Positions 16,726 to 26,188 of a DNA stretch of 40,138 nucleotides are shown piece after piece. A model generated the notes under the pieces. That model was not told the origin of the DNA, made no database searches, and saw only the letters and a list, made by a program, of their open reading frames with translations. The stretch lies in contig JAYSWN010000043.1 of assembly GCA_043718025.1 (NCBI GenBank), forward strand, positions 1-40,138, in the 5' to 3' direction. Each line of letters opens with the position of its first letter. The first letter of the stretch is position 1. A program made the position numbers and the translations under genes. This DNA is from Pseudomonadota bacterium (GTDB taxonomy: Bacteria; Bdellovibrionota; FAC87; UBA2466).

Positions 16726-17862
16726 GTGCGAATTTTCTTTATAAGCTCGGGACTTAAACCTGAATATGGGGGCGCGGCAATCTCTGAAGCCAGCCTGGTG
16801 GCTTCTATTCGTGATGAAGTGGACGTGGTTTTGGGCTGCCCTAATTCTCGTTTGGATCCAAATTTTGCTCTTCGTCTAGCGGGGATACGGGCGTTTGCAT
16901 TTCAGCCGGTAGAGACAATTTTTGCTTACGTGTTTCGCATGGGGCGTCTCTTTCGCGAAGTTTCCTCAAGCGACTTGGTGCATATAAATGGGCATTGGCG
17001 TTGGGAAAATTTCTTCATCTCTGCGCTCTGCCGATCGCGTGGTATTCCCTACCTGGTTCATCCGCGCGGAATGCTCTGGCTAGGCCATCGAAAAAAGCTG
17101 ATGAAAAAAGTTTTTAACTGGCTTTTAGGTTACACGCTGGTTCGCAAAGCGGCAGCGGTGGTGGCGCTCAGCGTATTTGAAACAAAGCAGTGGATTCCCT
17201 ATCATCTTTCTGACCGTCAAATCCAGGTGATTCCCAACGGGTTCACTCCCTTGGGAGCGCAGCTCAAAGCGGGAGCAGATCAATCAATTGGCTTTTTCCT
17301 TTTCGTCGGAAGAATTGAATCGCGGAAAAATTTAGAGTTTTTGTTGAGGGCCTTTTCGGATTACCGCGGTGAAGGAGGCAAATTTCAATTGCAGTTGATG
17401 GGGCCTGAAGAGCGGGGTTACGGTGACCAGATTCGGAGTTTGGCCCGAGATTTAGGCATTGCCCAAGAGGTTCTCTTTATCCCTCCAATCTACGGCGAGG
17501 ATAAGTGGGTGAAAATCGCGGCGGCGCGCGCGGTACTCTACCCAAGCATTGAAGAGGCGTTCGGCCGGGTTCCTTTTGAAGCGGCTTTATCAGGAACGGT
17601 TTCCGTTGCGCCGGTCGAAAGCGGAAGTTTCGAATACCTCGAACGCTTTTTTGCCCCTTATTTCTTTCCCCTATCAGATCGGGATGCCCTCACCCGCATT
17701 CTTCATGGCCTCGAAAGGTTCCCCCCGGATCCCGAACGCATTCTTCAGGCCAAACGGTTTGTAGAAATCTCTTTGGCTTGGAAAGTTGTCAGCGCCAAAT
17801 TTTTAAAGCTATACCAAGGGCTTCGGCAAATGCCCAATGTCGCGTTGAGGAAGGCGAGTTAA
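16726..17862 (+). CDS. glycosyltransferase family 4 (GT-B)
   Basis: YGGA, DLVHING, VHPRGML, VIPNG, FVGRIESRKNL, EEAFGRVPFEA; GTG 16726 lies 6 nt after TATAAT. Confidence 0.9.
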   Translation: MRIFFISSGLKPEYGGAAISEASLVASIRDEVDVVLGCPNSRLDPNFALRLAGIRAFAFQPVETIFAYVFRMGRLFREVSSSDLVHINGHWRWENFFISALCRSRGIPYLVHPRGMLWLGHRKKLMKKVFNWLLGYTLVRKAAAVVALSVFETKQWIPYHLSDRQIQVIPNGFTPLGAQLKAGADQSIGFFLFVGRIESRKNLEFLLRAFSDYRGEGGKFQLQLMGPEERGYGDQIRSLARDLGIAQEVLFIPPIYGEDKWVKIAAARAVLYPSIEEAFGRVPFEAALSGTVSVAPVESGSFEYLERFFAPYFFPLSDRDALTRILHGLERFPPDPERILQAKRFVEISLAWKVVSAKFLKLYQGLRQMPNVALRKAS

Positions 17863-18051
17863 ATGAAAGTCTCTTGTCCCCACTGTAAAGCGGATGCTCA
17901 GTGGGAAGGTAACCAGCACCGTCCCTTTTGCTCTGAGCGTTGTCGCTCGACCGATTTGGGAAATTGGGCTACCGAACGTTACCGCATCGGCACAACTGAA
18001 CACGACGAACGGTTAGATGTGGATGCGACGAAAAAATCGGGCGAAGAATAG
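17863..18051 (+). CDS. yacG: DNA gyrase inhibitor YacG
   Basis: CPHC...[23 protein letters not shown]. Confidence 0.93.
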   Translation: MKVSCPHCKADAQWEGNQHRPFCSERCRSTDLGNWATERYRIGTTEHDERLDVDATKKSGEE

Positions 18052-18063
18052 GCTGGGTTTTCG

Positions 18064-19320
18064 TTACGCTGCTTTTGCCGATTCGGGATTCACCCGCGCC
18101 TTTTTGCCGAGCGCCAAAGTAAGGTGTTTGGCGTAGTAGGAAACTCCCCATAAGCAAGCCACTCCCAAAATTAGGCAAAATAAAACTCCGACCCTTGAAA
18201 TCAAATAACCTTGAAGTAGCGCACTCAAGGGAGCCGCCGACATAAAAAACATACGCAAACAGGCATTAACCCCGCCCATTCGCTCTTTGGGCACGTGAGT
18301 TTGCCGAATTAGGAATGTCCCCATGTTCAAGACGGCGCTACCCGAACGTGAAATAGCAAAGATTATCGAAAGCAAAACGGGGTGGGGATAAAATAGCAGC
18401 GCCAGAGAAGAGAATATGGCCTGCCAGAGTGCGGCGCCGTAGAATGCGTTGCCAAATTCAAGCCGATCAAAAAGAAAGGTCGAAAACAGGTAGCCAAGCA
18501 TTCCGAACAGGCCGATCAAACTCACTACGGATCCGTATTCCGCCGCGGTGAAACCTTGGGTCGCGGTGTAGTAGTAGGTGAGGCTTGTCGTGTTTGGGAT
18601 GAGGGGAGAAAGGTTCCACAAAAACATCAGCGGAATAAAGACGCGAAACACCTTTGAAGCGAAAATGAATCGAACGCTTTCCGAAAAATTTTGTGAGACG
18701 CCTTTGGCGAACGATGGGTTTCGTTTGCGAAGGTGAGGGTCTCCAATAAGTTCTCCCAAGTTTCTGGTTTTAGTCACAAAGTGAAGCGTCGCTACAAAGC
18801 TCACCAAGTTAATGATCATTGAACCCCGGGCACCAAACGCCCCTAAAATCGCTCCACCCATCAATGGGCCCACAATCTGGACGAGACGCAGGGTAGAGAG
18901 AAACCAGGTATTTGCTTGCCCCAGATCAGCAGTTTTCACTAAACCGGGAATTAGCTGAAAGGTGGTCACCGTCTCGAACAGTATCATTAGGGTTTTAATG
19001 CAGAAAATACCCACCAGGATGGGTAAATAGCCCTTGTCCGTGAAGAGATCGTAGGAAAGGAGAAAGAGCAGGCAAATGGCTTGGCCAACATCAGTCACCA
19101 GCATCACTTTACGTTTATCGAAATGATCCGCCCAATAGCCGGTAAAGGGGGCCATGAGGAAGTAGGGCAGCGTGAGGGCTACGTTCGTAAGAGAAAGGGC
19201 CACGGGCGACCCCGTTCGTGACCAGACATAAAGCGGCATGGAGAGGTCAAAAATACTGCTCCCCAGCATAGAAATCGTTGACGCGGTGAGAAAGCTCCGA
19301 AAAACGGGGTTCCTTTTCAT
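18064..19320 (-). CDS. MFS transporter (12 TM, MefA/DHA3-like)
   Basis: GYWADHFDKRKVM motif A, RQTHVPKERMGGV; start ATG 19320 or 19347. Confidence 0.88.
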   Translation of the reverse strand: MKRNPVFRSFLTASTISMLGSSIFDLSMPLYVWSRTGSPVALSLTNVALTLPYFLMAPFTGYWADHFDKRKVMLVTDVGQAICLLFLLSYDLFTDKGYLPILVGIFCIKTLMILFETVTTFQLIPGLVKTADLGQANTWFLSTLRLVQIVGPLMGGAILGAFGARGSMIINLVSFVATLHFVTKTRNLGELIGDPHLRKRNPSFAKGVSQNFSESVRFIFASKVFRVFIPLMFLWNLSPLIPNTTSLTYYYTATQGFTAAEYGSVVSLIGLFGMLGYLFSTFLFDRLEFGNAFYGAALWQAIFSSLALLFYPHPVLLSIIFAISRSGSAVLNMGTFLIRQTHVPKERMGGVNACLRMFFMSAAPLSALLQGYLISRVGVLFCLILGVACLWGVSYYAKHLTLALGKKARVNPESAKAA

Positions 19321-19396
19321 TAAGAGCAAGGTGTTGTGGCGCGTCATTTAAGGGATCCTTGTCGGGGGACCCCTATTTTACCGCAGCCCCAGAGCA

Positions 19397-19425
19397 TTTA
19401 CTTTGAAATCCTTGTTGTATACGGT
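19397..19425 (+). promoter_or_regulatory. sigma-70-type promoter of the lpx operon (leaderless geometry)
   Basis: TTTACT-17 nt-TACGGT-6 nt-ATG 19432. Confidence 0.4.
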
Positions 19426-19431
19426 GGGGCC

Positions 19432-20478
19432 ATGGTGGAACTGCTTGAGCCCTTGTCTGCGTTGGAGCTTTCGCGGATTAGCGGCGCCAATTTAACCGGA
19501 AATCCTTCCGTTTTAGTCTCTCGTTTAGGCGCTTTGGATGAACTCTCAGACGGCGTTCTATCTTTCTACGCCGACACCAGCATGACCAAAAAAGTCGACA
19601 GCGCTCAGGCCGGAATTTTGTTCTGTGAACCGTCATTAGTTCGCCCGAACGAAAGGGTCACCTACCTTGTCTGCCCCGAGCCAAAGGTAGCCTTTTCTAA
19701 AATCGCTGCACAATTTGCCCTTAAAATTTCGGCCAATGGGGTTTCCCCGCAAGCCAATATTCATCCCGACGCCCGGTTGGGTATCAATGTGACCGTAGGT
19801 CCCTTTGCCGTAATCGAAACCGGTGCCGTCGTGGGAAAAAATTGCCGTATCGCTGCGCATACGTTTATTGGCGCCGGTGCGGTGCTGGGCGAAGACTGCG
19901 AAATTTTTCCACGCGTTGTCATCCTTGACGGGGTCCGCATCGGAAACCGTGTCAAAATTTATCCCGGGGCAGTAATTGGGTCTTCGGGGTTCGGATACTT
20001 TCAGAGTAAGACTGCGGGCTTAGTTGAACTTCCGCAGATCGGAACGGTTATTATTGAAGACGATGTGCGCATCGGAGCCAATAGCTCAGTTGATCGAGCC
20101 ACGCTAAATCAAACCGTGATTGGACGAGGAACCAAAATTGATAACTTGGTTCAGGTTGGCCACAACACCAAAATTGGGCGTTTCAATTTACTTTGCGGCT
20201 GTTCGGGCGTTTCGGGTTCCGTAACTACGGGTGACGGGGTTGTGTTGGGGGCGGCGGTTACCATTGGTGACGGCGTTAATATTGGTGCGGGCGCGCAGTT
20301 GGGAATGAGTACGTCGGTGCCTTCCGATCTTGAGGCCGGTAAGGCCTACCGGGGCGATCCTCCGGTCGGCGTCAAAGAGTTTTTCAGACAACACTTGTCG
20401 GTGAAAAAATTGCCCGAGCTGTTCAAGCGGCTACGTGAAATTGAAAAGAGGCTTGGCATTGGGGGAGAAACCACCTGA
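19432..20478 (+). CDS. lpxD: UDP-3-O-acyl-glucosamine N-acyltransferase
   Basis: Hexapeptide repeats, GSSGFGY, PQIGTVIIEDDVRIGANSSVDRA, KIDNLVQVGHN. Confidence 0.95.
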   Translation: MVELLEPLSALELSRISGANLTGNPSVLVSRLGALDELSDGVLSFYADTSMTKKVDSAQAGILFCEPSLVRPNERVTYLVCPEPKVAFSKIAAQFALKISANGVSPQANIHPDARLGINVTVGPFAVIETGAVVGKNCRIAAHTFIGAGAVLGEDCEIFPRVVILDGVRIGNRVKIYPGAVIGSSGFGYFQSKTAGLVELPQIGTVIIEDDVRIGANSSVDRATLNQTVIGRGTKIDNLVQVGHNTKIGRFNLLCGCSGVSGSVTTGDGVVLGAAVTIGDGVNIGAGAQLGMSTSVPSDLEAGKAYRGDPPVGVKEFFRQHLSVKKLPELFKRLREIEKRLGIGGETT

Positions 20479-21263
20479 TGGCCGAAACTCCCCTGATTCA
20501 TCCAACCGCTTTGGTTCACCCGGCGGCTCACATCGGTGCGGGAACTCGCATCGGCCCTTTTTCAGTCATCGAGGCCGACGTTTCCATTGGTGAAAACTGT
20601 AACATTCAAGCCCACACCGTAATTCGTAACTTTACCAAAATAGGAGATCGCACCAACATTTTTCCTTTTGTTTGCGTCGGCGCGGAGCCTCAGCATTTAA
20701 AGTACCGTGGCGAGCCCACTACCGTCGACATCGGAAGCGACGTTACTCTGCGCGAGAACGTCACCGTTCATCGTGGCACGGCGCTGGGCATTGGCACTAC
20801 CAAAATTGGCGATGGTAGCTTTCTCATGGCGTATTGCCATGTGGCGCACGACTGCGTCATCGGCAAGCGAGTCATTATGGCCAATTCAGTGCAATGCGCC
20901 GGCCATGTTGAGGTCGGTGATGGTACTTTTCTGGGCGGCACAACGGTGGTGGCGCAGTTCGTTCGTATCGGCTCTTACTGCTACATTGGCGGCGCCAGCG
21001 GATTCAATCATGACTGCCCTCCTTTCGTAATTGGAAGAGAGGCGCCGTTAAAGGTGATTGGCGTAAACGTAGTGGGTTTACGGCGCGCTGGTTTCAGCGA
21101 AGAAAGTATTCTCAATATCCGACAGATTTTCAGAATTTTTTTCGTGCGAAAAGAGACGGTTTCTAGAGCTATCGAGAGAGTAACGATGGAATTTGGTGAT
21201 CTTCCTGAAGCCCAAGCCTTTTTGAATTTTGTTCAGACCTCAAAATTAGGTATCGGTCGTTGA
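20478..21263 (+). CDS. lpxA: acyl-ACP--UDP-N-acetylglucosamine O-acyltransferase
   Basis: IHPTA, PQHLKY, RENVTVHRGT, MAYCHVAHDC, GVNVVGLRRAGF. Confidence 0.96.
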   Translation: MAETPLIHPTALVHPAAHIGAGTRIGPFSVIEADVSIGENCNIQAHTVIRNFTKIGDRTNIFPFVCVGAEPQHLKYRGEPTTVDIGSDVTLRENVTVHRGTALGIGTTKIGDGSFLMAYCHVAHDCVIGKRVIMANSVQCAGHVEVGDGTFLGGTTVVAQFVRIGSYCYIGGASGFNHDCPPFVIGREAPLKVIGVNVVGLRRAGFSEESILNIRQIFRIFFVRKETVSRAIERVTMEFGDLPEAQAFLNFVQTSKLGIGR

Positions 21264-22213
21264 GTCCTCACCGACTTCGCATCGGCGTCGTTGGCGCTGG
21301 GAAAATGGGTGGTTATCACCTTTCAAAGATCAAAGAGTCCACGGACGCTTTTGTGTCCGGGGTATACGACGTTAATGAGGCCAAGACCCTAGCGGCCTCC
21401 GAAAAATTTGAAACGCCCCCTTGCCGCGATTTGTCGTCATTACTGGAAGTCTCCGATGCGGTGATAGTGGCGGCTAGCACCGCATTTCATTTCGCCATTG
21501 CCGCTCAGGCCCTCGACGCAGACGTCCATGTATTGATCGAAAAGCCCGCGACTGGTCACTCTCATCTGGCCACCCAACTGTTTCAAACGGCCGCAGTAAA
21601 AAAATTAGCGTTGAAGATTGGTTTTCTCGAACGCTTGCGCCTAAGCGAAATTCCCATTGAACTATTTCCACGGGTGATTTTAAAAGTTCGCGCGCAGCGC
21701 ATGTCCACCTCTGCCGCCAGAGATCGTTCGGTCGATATTCTGGGCGATCTGATGATCCACGATCTAGATATCGTAGCGAATCTTATTGCGCTCGATCCGG
21801 TACACTTTGAGGCGCGTCAATGGCCCGAGTCGGAATTAACTTTGGCCAAGTTTGATTTCGGCCACGGGGTTGACGTGGAATTACAATGCACCTACTCCGC
21901 CAAGGATTTGAGTAGGGTGATGGTCATTGAAGGGACGGATCGGCGTCTGTTTATCGATTTTCAAAATGGGCGTTATGTAGAGGAGCACACCAAAACAGAG
22001 GGGAGTCTGCCTTCCGACGCCCTGGCTTTGCAGCTACAGCAATTTATATCCCAAGTTCGGGAAAACAATTTTCAAGCTCAAGCGAAGCAAGTGCGTCCTC
22101 TTTTGTGGAGCGAGTCTCTGCGCGTTGCTTTAGCGCCGGTCACCAGACATCAGTCCGAGCTACCCGCATTGATTCCGGCCGATATTTTTCGGCAGAGCGG
22201 AATTTTGGCATGA
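21260..22213 (+). CDS. Gfo/Idh/MocA oxidoreductase, GnnA-like (UDP-GlcNAc 3-dehydrogenase candidate)
   Basis: GVVGAGKMG, HVLIEKP, DLMIHDLD; position between lpxA and lpxB. Confidence 0.8.
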   Translation: MSPHRLRIGVVGAGKMGGYHLSKIKESTDAFVSGVYDVNEAKTLAASEKFETPPCRDLSSLLEVSDAVIVAASTAFHFAIAAQALDADVHVLIEKPATGHSHLATQLFQTAAVKKLALKIGFLERLRLSEIPIELFPRVILKVRAQRMSTSAARDRSVDILGDLMIHDLDIVANLIALDPVHFEARQWPESELTLAKFDFGHGVDVELQCTYSAKDLSRVMVIEGTDRRLFIDFQNGRYVEEHTKTEGSLPSDALALQLQQFISQVRENNFQAQAKQVRPLLWSESLRVALAPVTRHQSELPALIPADIFRQSGILA

Positions 22214-23328
22214 GCGCGTCCATTTTTATTATCGCCGGCGAGGCGTCGGGCGATTTACACGCATCGAACCTCATTCGTGAGCTTCGTAAGCGCGATCCTT
22301 CTTTTGAATTTTACGGCGTGGGCGGCCCGCTTTGCCGAGAAGCTGGCATGGATGTAGTGGTTGACTCGGACTCGCTTAGTGTCGTTGGCCTGTTTGAAGT
22401 GGTGCGGCAGGCAGATGAACTTTTGATGTCGTACCGTCGAGTTCGTCAACTGATGGAACGGCGTAAGCCCGACCTGGCGATCCTATTAGATCTTCCCGAT
22501 TTCAATTTAAAGATGGCGGCTCATCTTAAGCGTTTAGGGGTACCGATTGTTTACTATATTTCGCCGCAGATCTGGGCTTGGCGACAAAGTCGCGTGCACG
22601 CTATCCGCCAACTCGTCGATAAAATGTTGGTCATTTATCCTTTCGAGCAGGATTTTTATCGACGCCATGGCGTGAACGCGGAATATGTAGGTAATCCGCT
22701 AGCGTGCTCCGTGGCGCCTCGTTTCCATTATCGACCGCAACGCGAAGTGCTGGCGGCGCCTCGAATTGCGGTTTTACCCGGAAGCCGGCGGGGCGAAATT
22801 CGTCTGCACAAAGAACTATTGGTGGGTTTTTCGCGCCGGATTAAAGAGCTTTATCCCGCCGTTGAAATTCGCGTGCCCGCTGCGCGATCTTTGCCCGAAG
22901 GGCTTGTGGCCGAGGCTTTTTTTGACTCCGACATGTCGATCGAAAATGAAAGCCCACAAAATATTTTAGCCTGGGCCGACGTCGCGTTGGTAGCCTCGGG
23001 GACCGCTACGCTTGAGACCGGCTTAATTGGCACCCCCTTCTGCCTTTATTATCGTTTGGGAGCACTTACGGTAGGGTTGGGCAATTGGCTCGGTATTTTT
23101 AAGCGACACATTGGCTTGGTTAACATCCTGCTCGATGAAGAGCTGACGGTCGAACGTCGTATGGAAAATGCCACCGTCGACAACTGTGTTCAGTCGATTT
23201 GCGAATTGATTGAGTCCGAGCCATTGCGTCTGAAGCAGATCGATGGCTTTCGTCGCATTCGTGAGTTGTTGGGAAACCGTCCGGCTTCGTCTGGGGCCGC
23301 CAATGCGGTGCAGTCGCTACTCTCATGA
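22210..23328 (+). CDS. lpxB: lipid-A-disaccharide synthase
   Basis: IAGEASGD, DLPDFN, YYISPQIWAWR, LPGSRRGE, ASGTATLE; ATGA overlap. Confidence 0.96.
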   Translation: MSASIFIIAGEASGDLHASNLIRELRKRDPSFEFYGVGGPLCREAGMDVVVDSDSLSVVGLFEVVRQADELLMSYRRVRQLMERRKPDLAILLDLPDFNLKMAAHLKRLGVPIVYYISPQIWAWRQSRVHAIRQLVDKMLVIYPFEQDFYRRHGVNAEYVGNPLACSVAPRFHYRPQREVLAAPRIAVLPGSRRGEIRLHKELLVGFSRRIKELYPAVEIRVPAARSLPEGLVAEAFFDSDMSIENESPQNILAWADVALVASGTATLETGLIGTPFCLYYRLGALTVGLGNWLGIFKRHIGLVNILLDEELTVERRMENATVDNCVQSICELIESEPLRLKQIDGFRRIRELLGNRPASSGAANAVQSLLS

Positions 23329-24326
23329 ACAGCGGCGCCCGTCCGAGTCTCTCTTGTTTCTGGGATGTTGAGATTGATCACCCCTTTCTGTTTTCAATTT
23401 TCTGGTTTCCGGCTTTTTTGTTGTCGTTGCTCTGGGCGTTTTTGGCAGGTGTGAAGCGCTGGTTACCCTCAGACCCCTATCGATCGAAAGTGCCCACGGT
23501 CTGCGTCGGAAACCTCACTTCCGGCGGCTCAGGTAAGACACCGGTCGTTGCCGCCATTGCGGCTCATTATTCCAAACAGCGGCCAGTAATTATTAGCCGA
23601 GGCTTTAAAGGTGCCTTTGAAACCGCCGGCGGCTGCGTGAACTTGAATTCTCTCGAAGGTGCGAGGCTTTTTGGGGATGAGCCCTGGATGCTTGCCCACC
23701 AGACCGGAGCGCCGGTATACGTCGGTAAAAATCGAAGGGCGTCGGTAATTGCGGCCGAGGCCGTCGAAAATCCCGGTCTTTTTATCTTTGACGATGGTTT
23801 TCAGAACCGCGGCGTTGTTTACTCCAAGACGATTTTGCTTTCGAATCCCGATGCTGGGCCGCAAGCCTCCTACTGCCTACCGCTCGGAACTTTGCGCGAG
23901 CCGCTTTCTGCCGAAAAGCGTGCGGATATTGTGCTCCGAAGCCAAAAAGGGGGGAGCAGGTTTAGCGTCGAGGGACCCTTTGATTTAAACGGCAAAAGCG
24001 TAACATTAAGCCCGGCGGCACGGTTCGGGGCGTTTTGCGGCGTCGGTAACCCGCCGGCATTTTTTGATTCGATTAAGAACAAGGCGGATATCGTCTGCGA
24101 AAGGCCCTTCTCCGATCATTACTGGTATACTCCTTCCGATATTCGGCGGCTAAACCAGCTTGCAGAAGACAACGTTCTGGAGGCTTGGTTGACCACTGAA
24201 AAAGATTGGTTCCGCTTGGGCGCGGCGCGAAATGAGTTTCGTCGCCCGGTTTACTGGACCAGATTAACGGCTTTGCTCGACGCTGAATTTTTTAAAGCGT
24301 TGAACCTCGTAGAGGAAATCCTTTGA
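23325..24326 (+). CDS. lpxK: tetraacyldisaccharide 4'-kinase
   Basis: VGNLTSGGSGKTP, ISRG, GDEP, DDGFQ, LPLGTLRE, FSDHY, TTEKD. Confidence 0.95.
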   Translation: MNSGARPSLSCFWDVEIDHPFLFSIFWFPAFLLSLLWAFLAGVKRWLPSDPYRSKVPTVCVGNLTSGGSGKTPVVAAIAAHYSKQRPVIISRGFKGAFETAGGCVNLNSLEGARLFGDEPWMLAHQTGAPVYVGKNRRASVIAAEAVENPGLFIFDDGFQNRGVVYSKTILLSNPDAGPQASYCLPLGTLREPLSAEKRADIVLRSQKGGSRFSVEGPFDLNGKSVTLSPAARFGAFCGVGNPPAFFDSIKNKADIVCERPFSDHYWYTPSDIRRLNQLAEDNVLEAWLTTEKDWFRLGAARNEFRRPVYWTRLTALLDAEFFKALNLVEEIL

Positions 24327-26188
24327 TTCGAATTTTATTAACGCCGCTTTCATGGTTTCTTCGTCTGCTTCCGAAGCCAATACGCCGATCAATTGGTCGG
24401 GCCTTGGGACGGGTTCTCTACCAATTGTCTCCGCGTCGTCGGGTTATCGCTGAAGGCAATCTCGCTGCGGCCTATCCCAATCTCTCGCTGGCTGAACGCC
24501 AGGCGATGATCCTCAAGTCGTTCCATCATCATGGGCATTTTGCGGTTGAAGCCATCGAGGCTATCAGCTGGACGCTCAACGATTTCAAAACCAAGATTGA
24601 AATGCGCAATCTCGAGGTGTTTCAACGTGTCCGTGATAATGGAAAAGGCGGAGTGCTTTTGGGCAGCCATCTTGGCAACTGGGAGTTGGGGATTTTGGCC
24701 ATGGCTGCGCAGGGAATACCATTCGATGTAGTGGCTAAAGGGTTTCGCGTAAAGGCGATGCAAAATTTTATGACCTGGTTTCGTACGCGCACGGGAGCCC
24801 GGGTCTTCAGCGAAACGGTGCCGCCCACGGAGTTTTGGAAAGCCTTTTCGCAAGGGCGAGTCGTTTGCTTCGTGCTCGATCAGTTCATGGGTCCACCCAT
24901 CGGGATCCCGGTTAAGTTTTTTGGCCAGAGCGCTGGCACCGCCGCCGGCCTTGCACTGATAACCGAAAGAAACGAGGTCCCCGTGATACCGGTTCGATCC
25001 TTTCGCGATGAAAAGGGAAATTTAGGCCTAGAGTTTTCCGAGCCACTTACCTTTGAAAACCTTCCCGAGAAGCGAAGCGACCGCATTTATCATCGTACGC
25101 AGGCTTACAATGATGCCATCGAAAAGAATATTCGCGTCGACCCCTCACAATGGACTTGGATTCATCGCCGCTGGAAAGCTTTTAATGGTAAACCGCGCTG
25201 GGTAACCAACGCCGCTCTGTTTTTCGCCATTTCAGTTCTCGCTTCGTGTGCGTCGAGTGTGGTGGTCACGGAGACCGGAATTGCGTTACCGCCCGATCCC
25301 CAGATTGCCGTCCCTCAGGTCATTGATTTCTCCGCCAAGAAAGACGAGCAGATTGAGCTCGGGGTCTTGGCCAAACCGACCCCTGTGCCGTCCCTTGAAA
25401 AGAAGAAAAAGGCGGATAAGAAGTCCACAAAGCAGGTTATCCCAGCCGCCGACGCCCCTGCTGCAATCAAGGCTAAGTCGTATGACAGGGTTCCCTTTGA
25501 GATCGGCGAACGTCAGGTGCTCGAGGGCAGTTGGATGGGTTTACCGGCGGGACAAGCCACGCTGGAGGTTCGCAAAGGGCCCGAAATTGGCGGCCGAAAA
25601 ACCATATTGCTTTGGGGTAACGCGCTCTCCTCTCGGCTGGTTGACACCGTACTTCATGTCGACAACACCATGGAGTCTTACGTCGACGCCGAAGGGCTTT
25701 TTCCCTACAAGTTTTTGTTACATATGGTGGAAACGTTTCAGAACAAAGAAACGCGGGTGTCTTTTGATCATACCAAGGGCAAAGCGTATTACTGGGCCAA
25801 ACGAATCTCGCAAAAGATGGGCAATCAAGACATTGACCGTACCGATGTCATTGTTCCCCTTACCCAAGACATGTGGAGCGCTCTGTTTTTCGTTCGGCTT
25901 CAAGATTACGAGCTCAACAAGAAGTTCACGATCCCAGTTTACGAAAATGATAAAAACATGGTCGCTGAATTTATTCCCGTCGCCAACGAGCTGGTGAGGA
26001 CCAAAGCCGGTGTTTTCCAAACGTGGAAGATTCTCATGGAGCTAAAACTAAATAGCGTACTTCGTCCTTCCGGTGCGATGTACATGTGGGTTAGTGATGA
26101 TTCGAAACGCTATTTGGTAAAGTTTGATATCAAGCTCAATCTAGGTTCGCTAGCCGGGGAACTAGTTTCGGTAAGGGAACGGCAGTGA
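24323..26188 (+). CDS. lipid A late acyltransferase (LpxL/HtrB family) fused to a lipobox and a DUF3108-like domain
   Basis: HLGNWE, LDQ, VKFFG, QWTWIHRRWK; then hydrophobic helix ending VLASC; then PFEIGE...WMGLPAGQATL...QDMWSALFFVR...TKAGVF...WVSDD.KRYLVK (DUF3108-like). Confidence 0.85.
   Translation: MIRILLTPLSWFLRLLPKPIRRSIGRALGRVLYQLSPRRRVIAEGNLAAAYPNLSLAERQAMILKSFHHHGHFAVEAIEAISWTLNDFKTKIEMRNLEVFQRVRDNGKGGVLLGSHLGNWELGILAMAAQGIPFDVVAKGFRVKAMQNFMTWFRTRTGARVFSETVPPTEFWKAFSQGRVVCFVLDQFMGPPIGIPVKFFGQSAGTAAGLALITERNEVPVIPVRSFRDEKGNLGLEFSEPLTFENLPEKRSDRIYHRTQAYNDAIEKNIRVDPSQWTWIHRRWKAFNGKPRWVTNAALFFAISVLASCASSVVVTETGIALPPDPQIAVPQVIDFSAKKDEQIELGVLAKPTPVPSLEKKKKADKKSTKQVIPAADAPAAIKAKSYDRVPFEIGERQVLEGSWMGLPAGQATLEVRKGPEIGGRKTILLWGNALSSRLVDTVLHVDNTMESYVDAEGLFPYKFLLHMVETFQNKETRVSFDHTKGKAYYWAKRISQKMGNQDIDRTDVIVPLTQDMWSALFFVRLQDYELNKKFTIPVYENDKNMVAEFIPVANELVRTKAGVFQTWKILMELKLNSVLRPSGAMYMWVSDDSKRYLVKFDIKLNLGSLAGELVSVRERQ

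Noticed and set aside
25248..25997. 249-aa alternative-frame ORF inside the DUF3108 region
   Set aside because: Arg/Pro/Ser-rich off-frame composition with no motifs or SD
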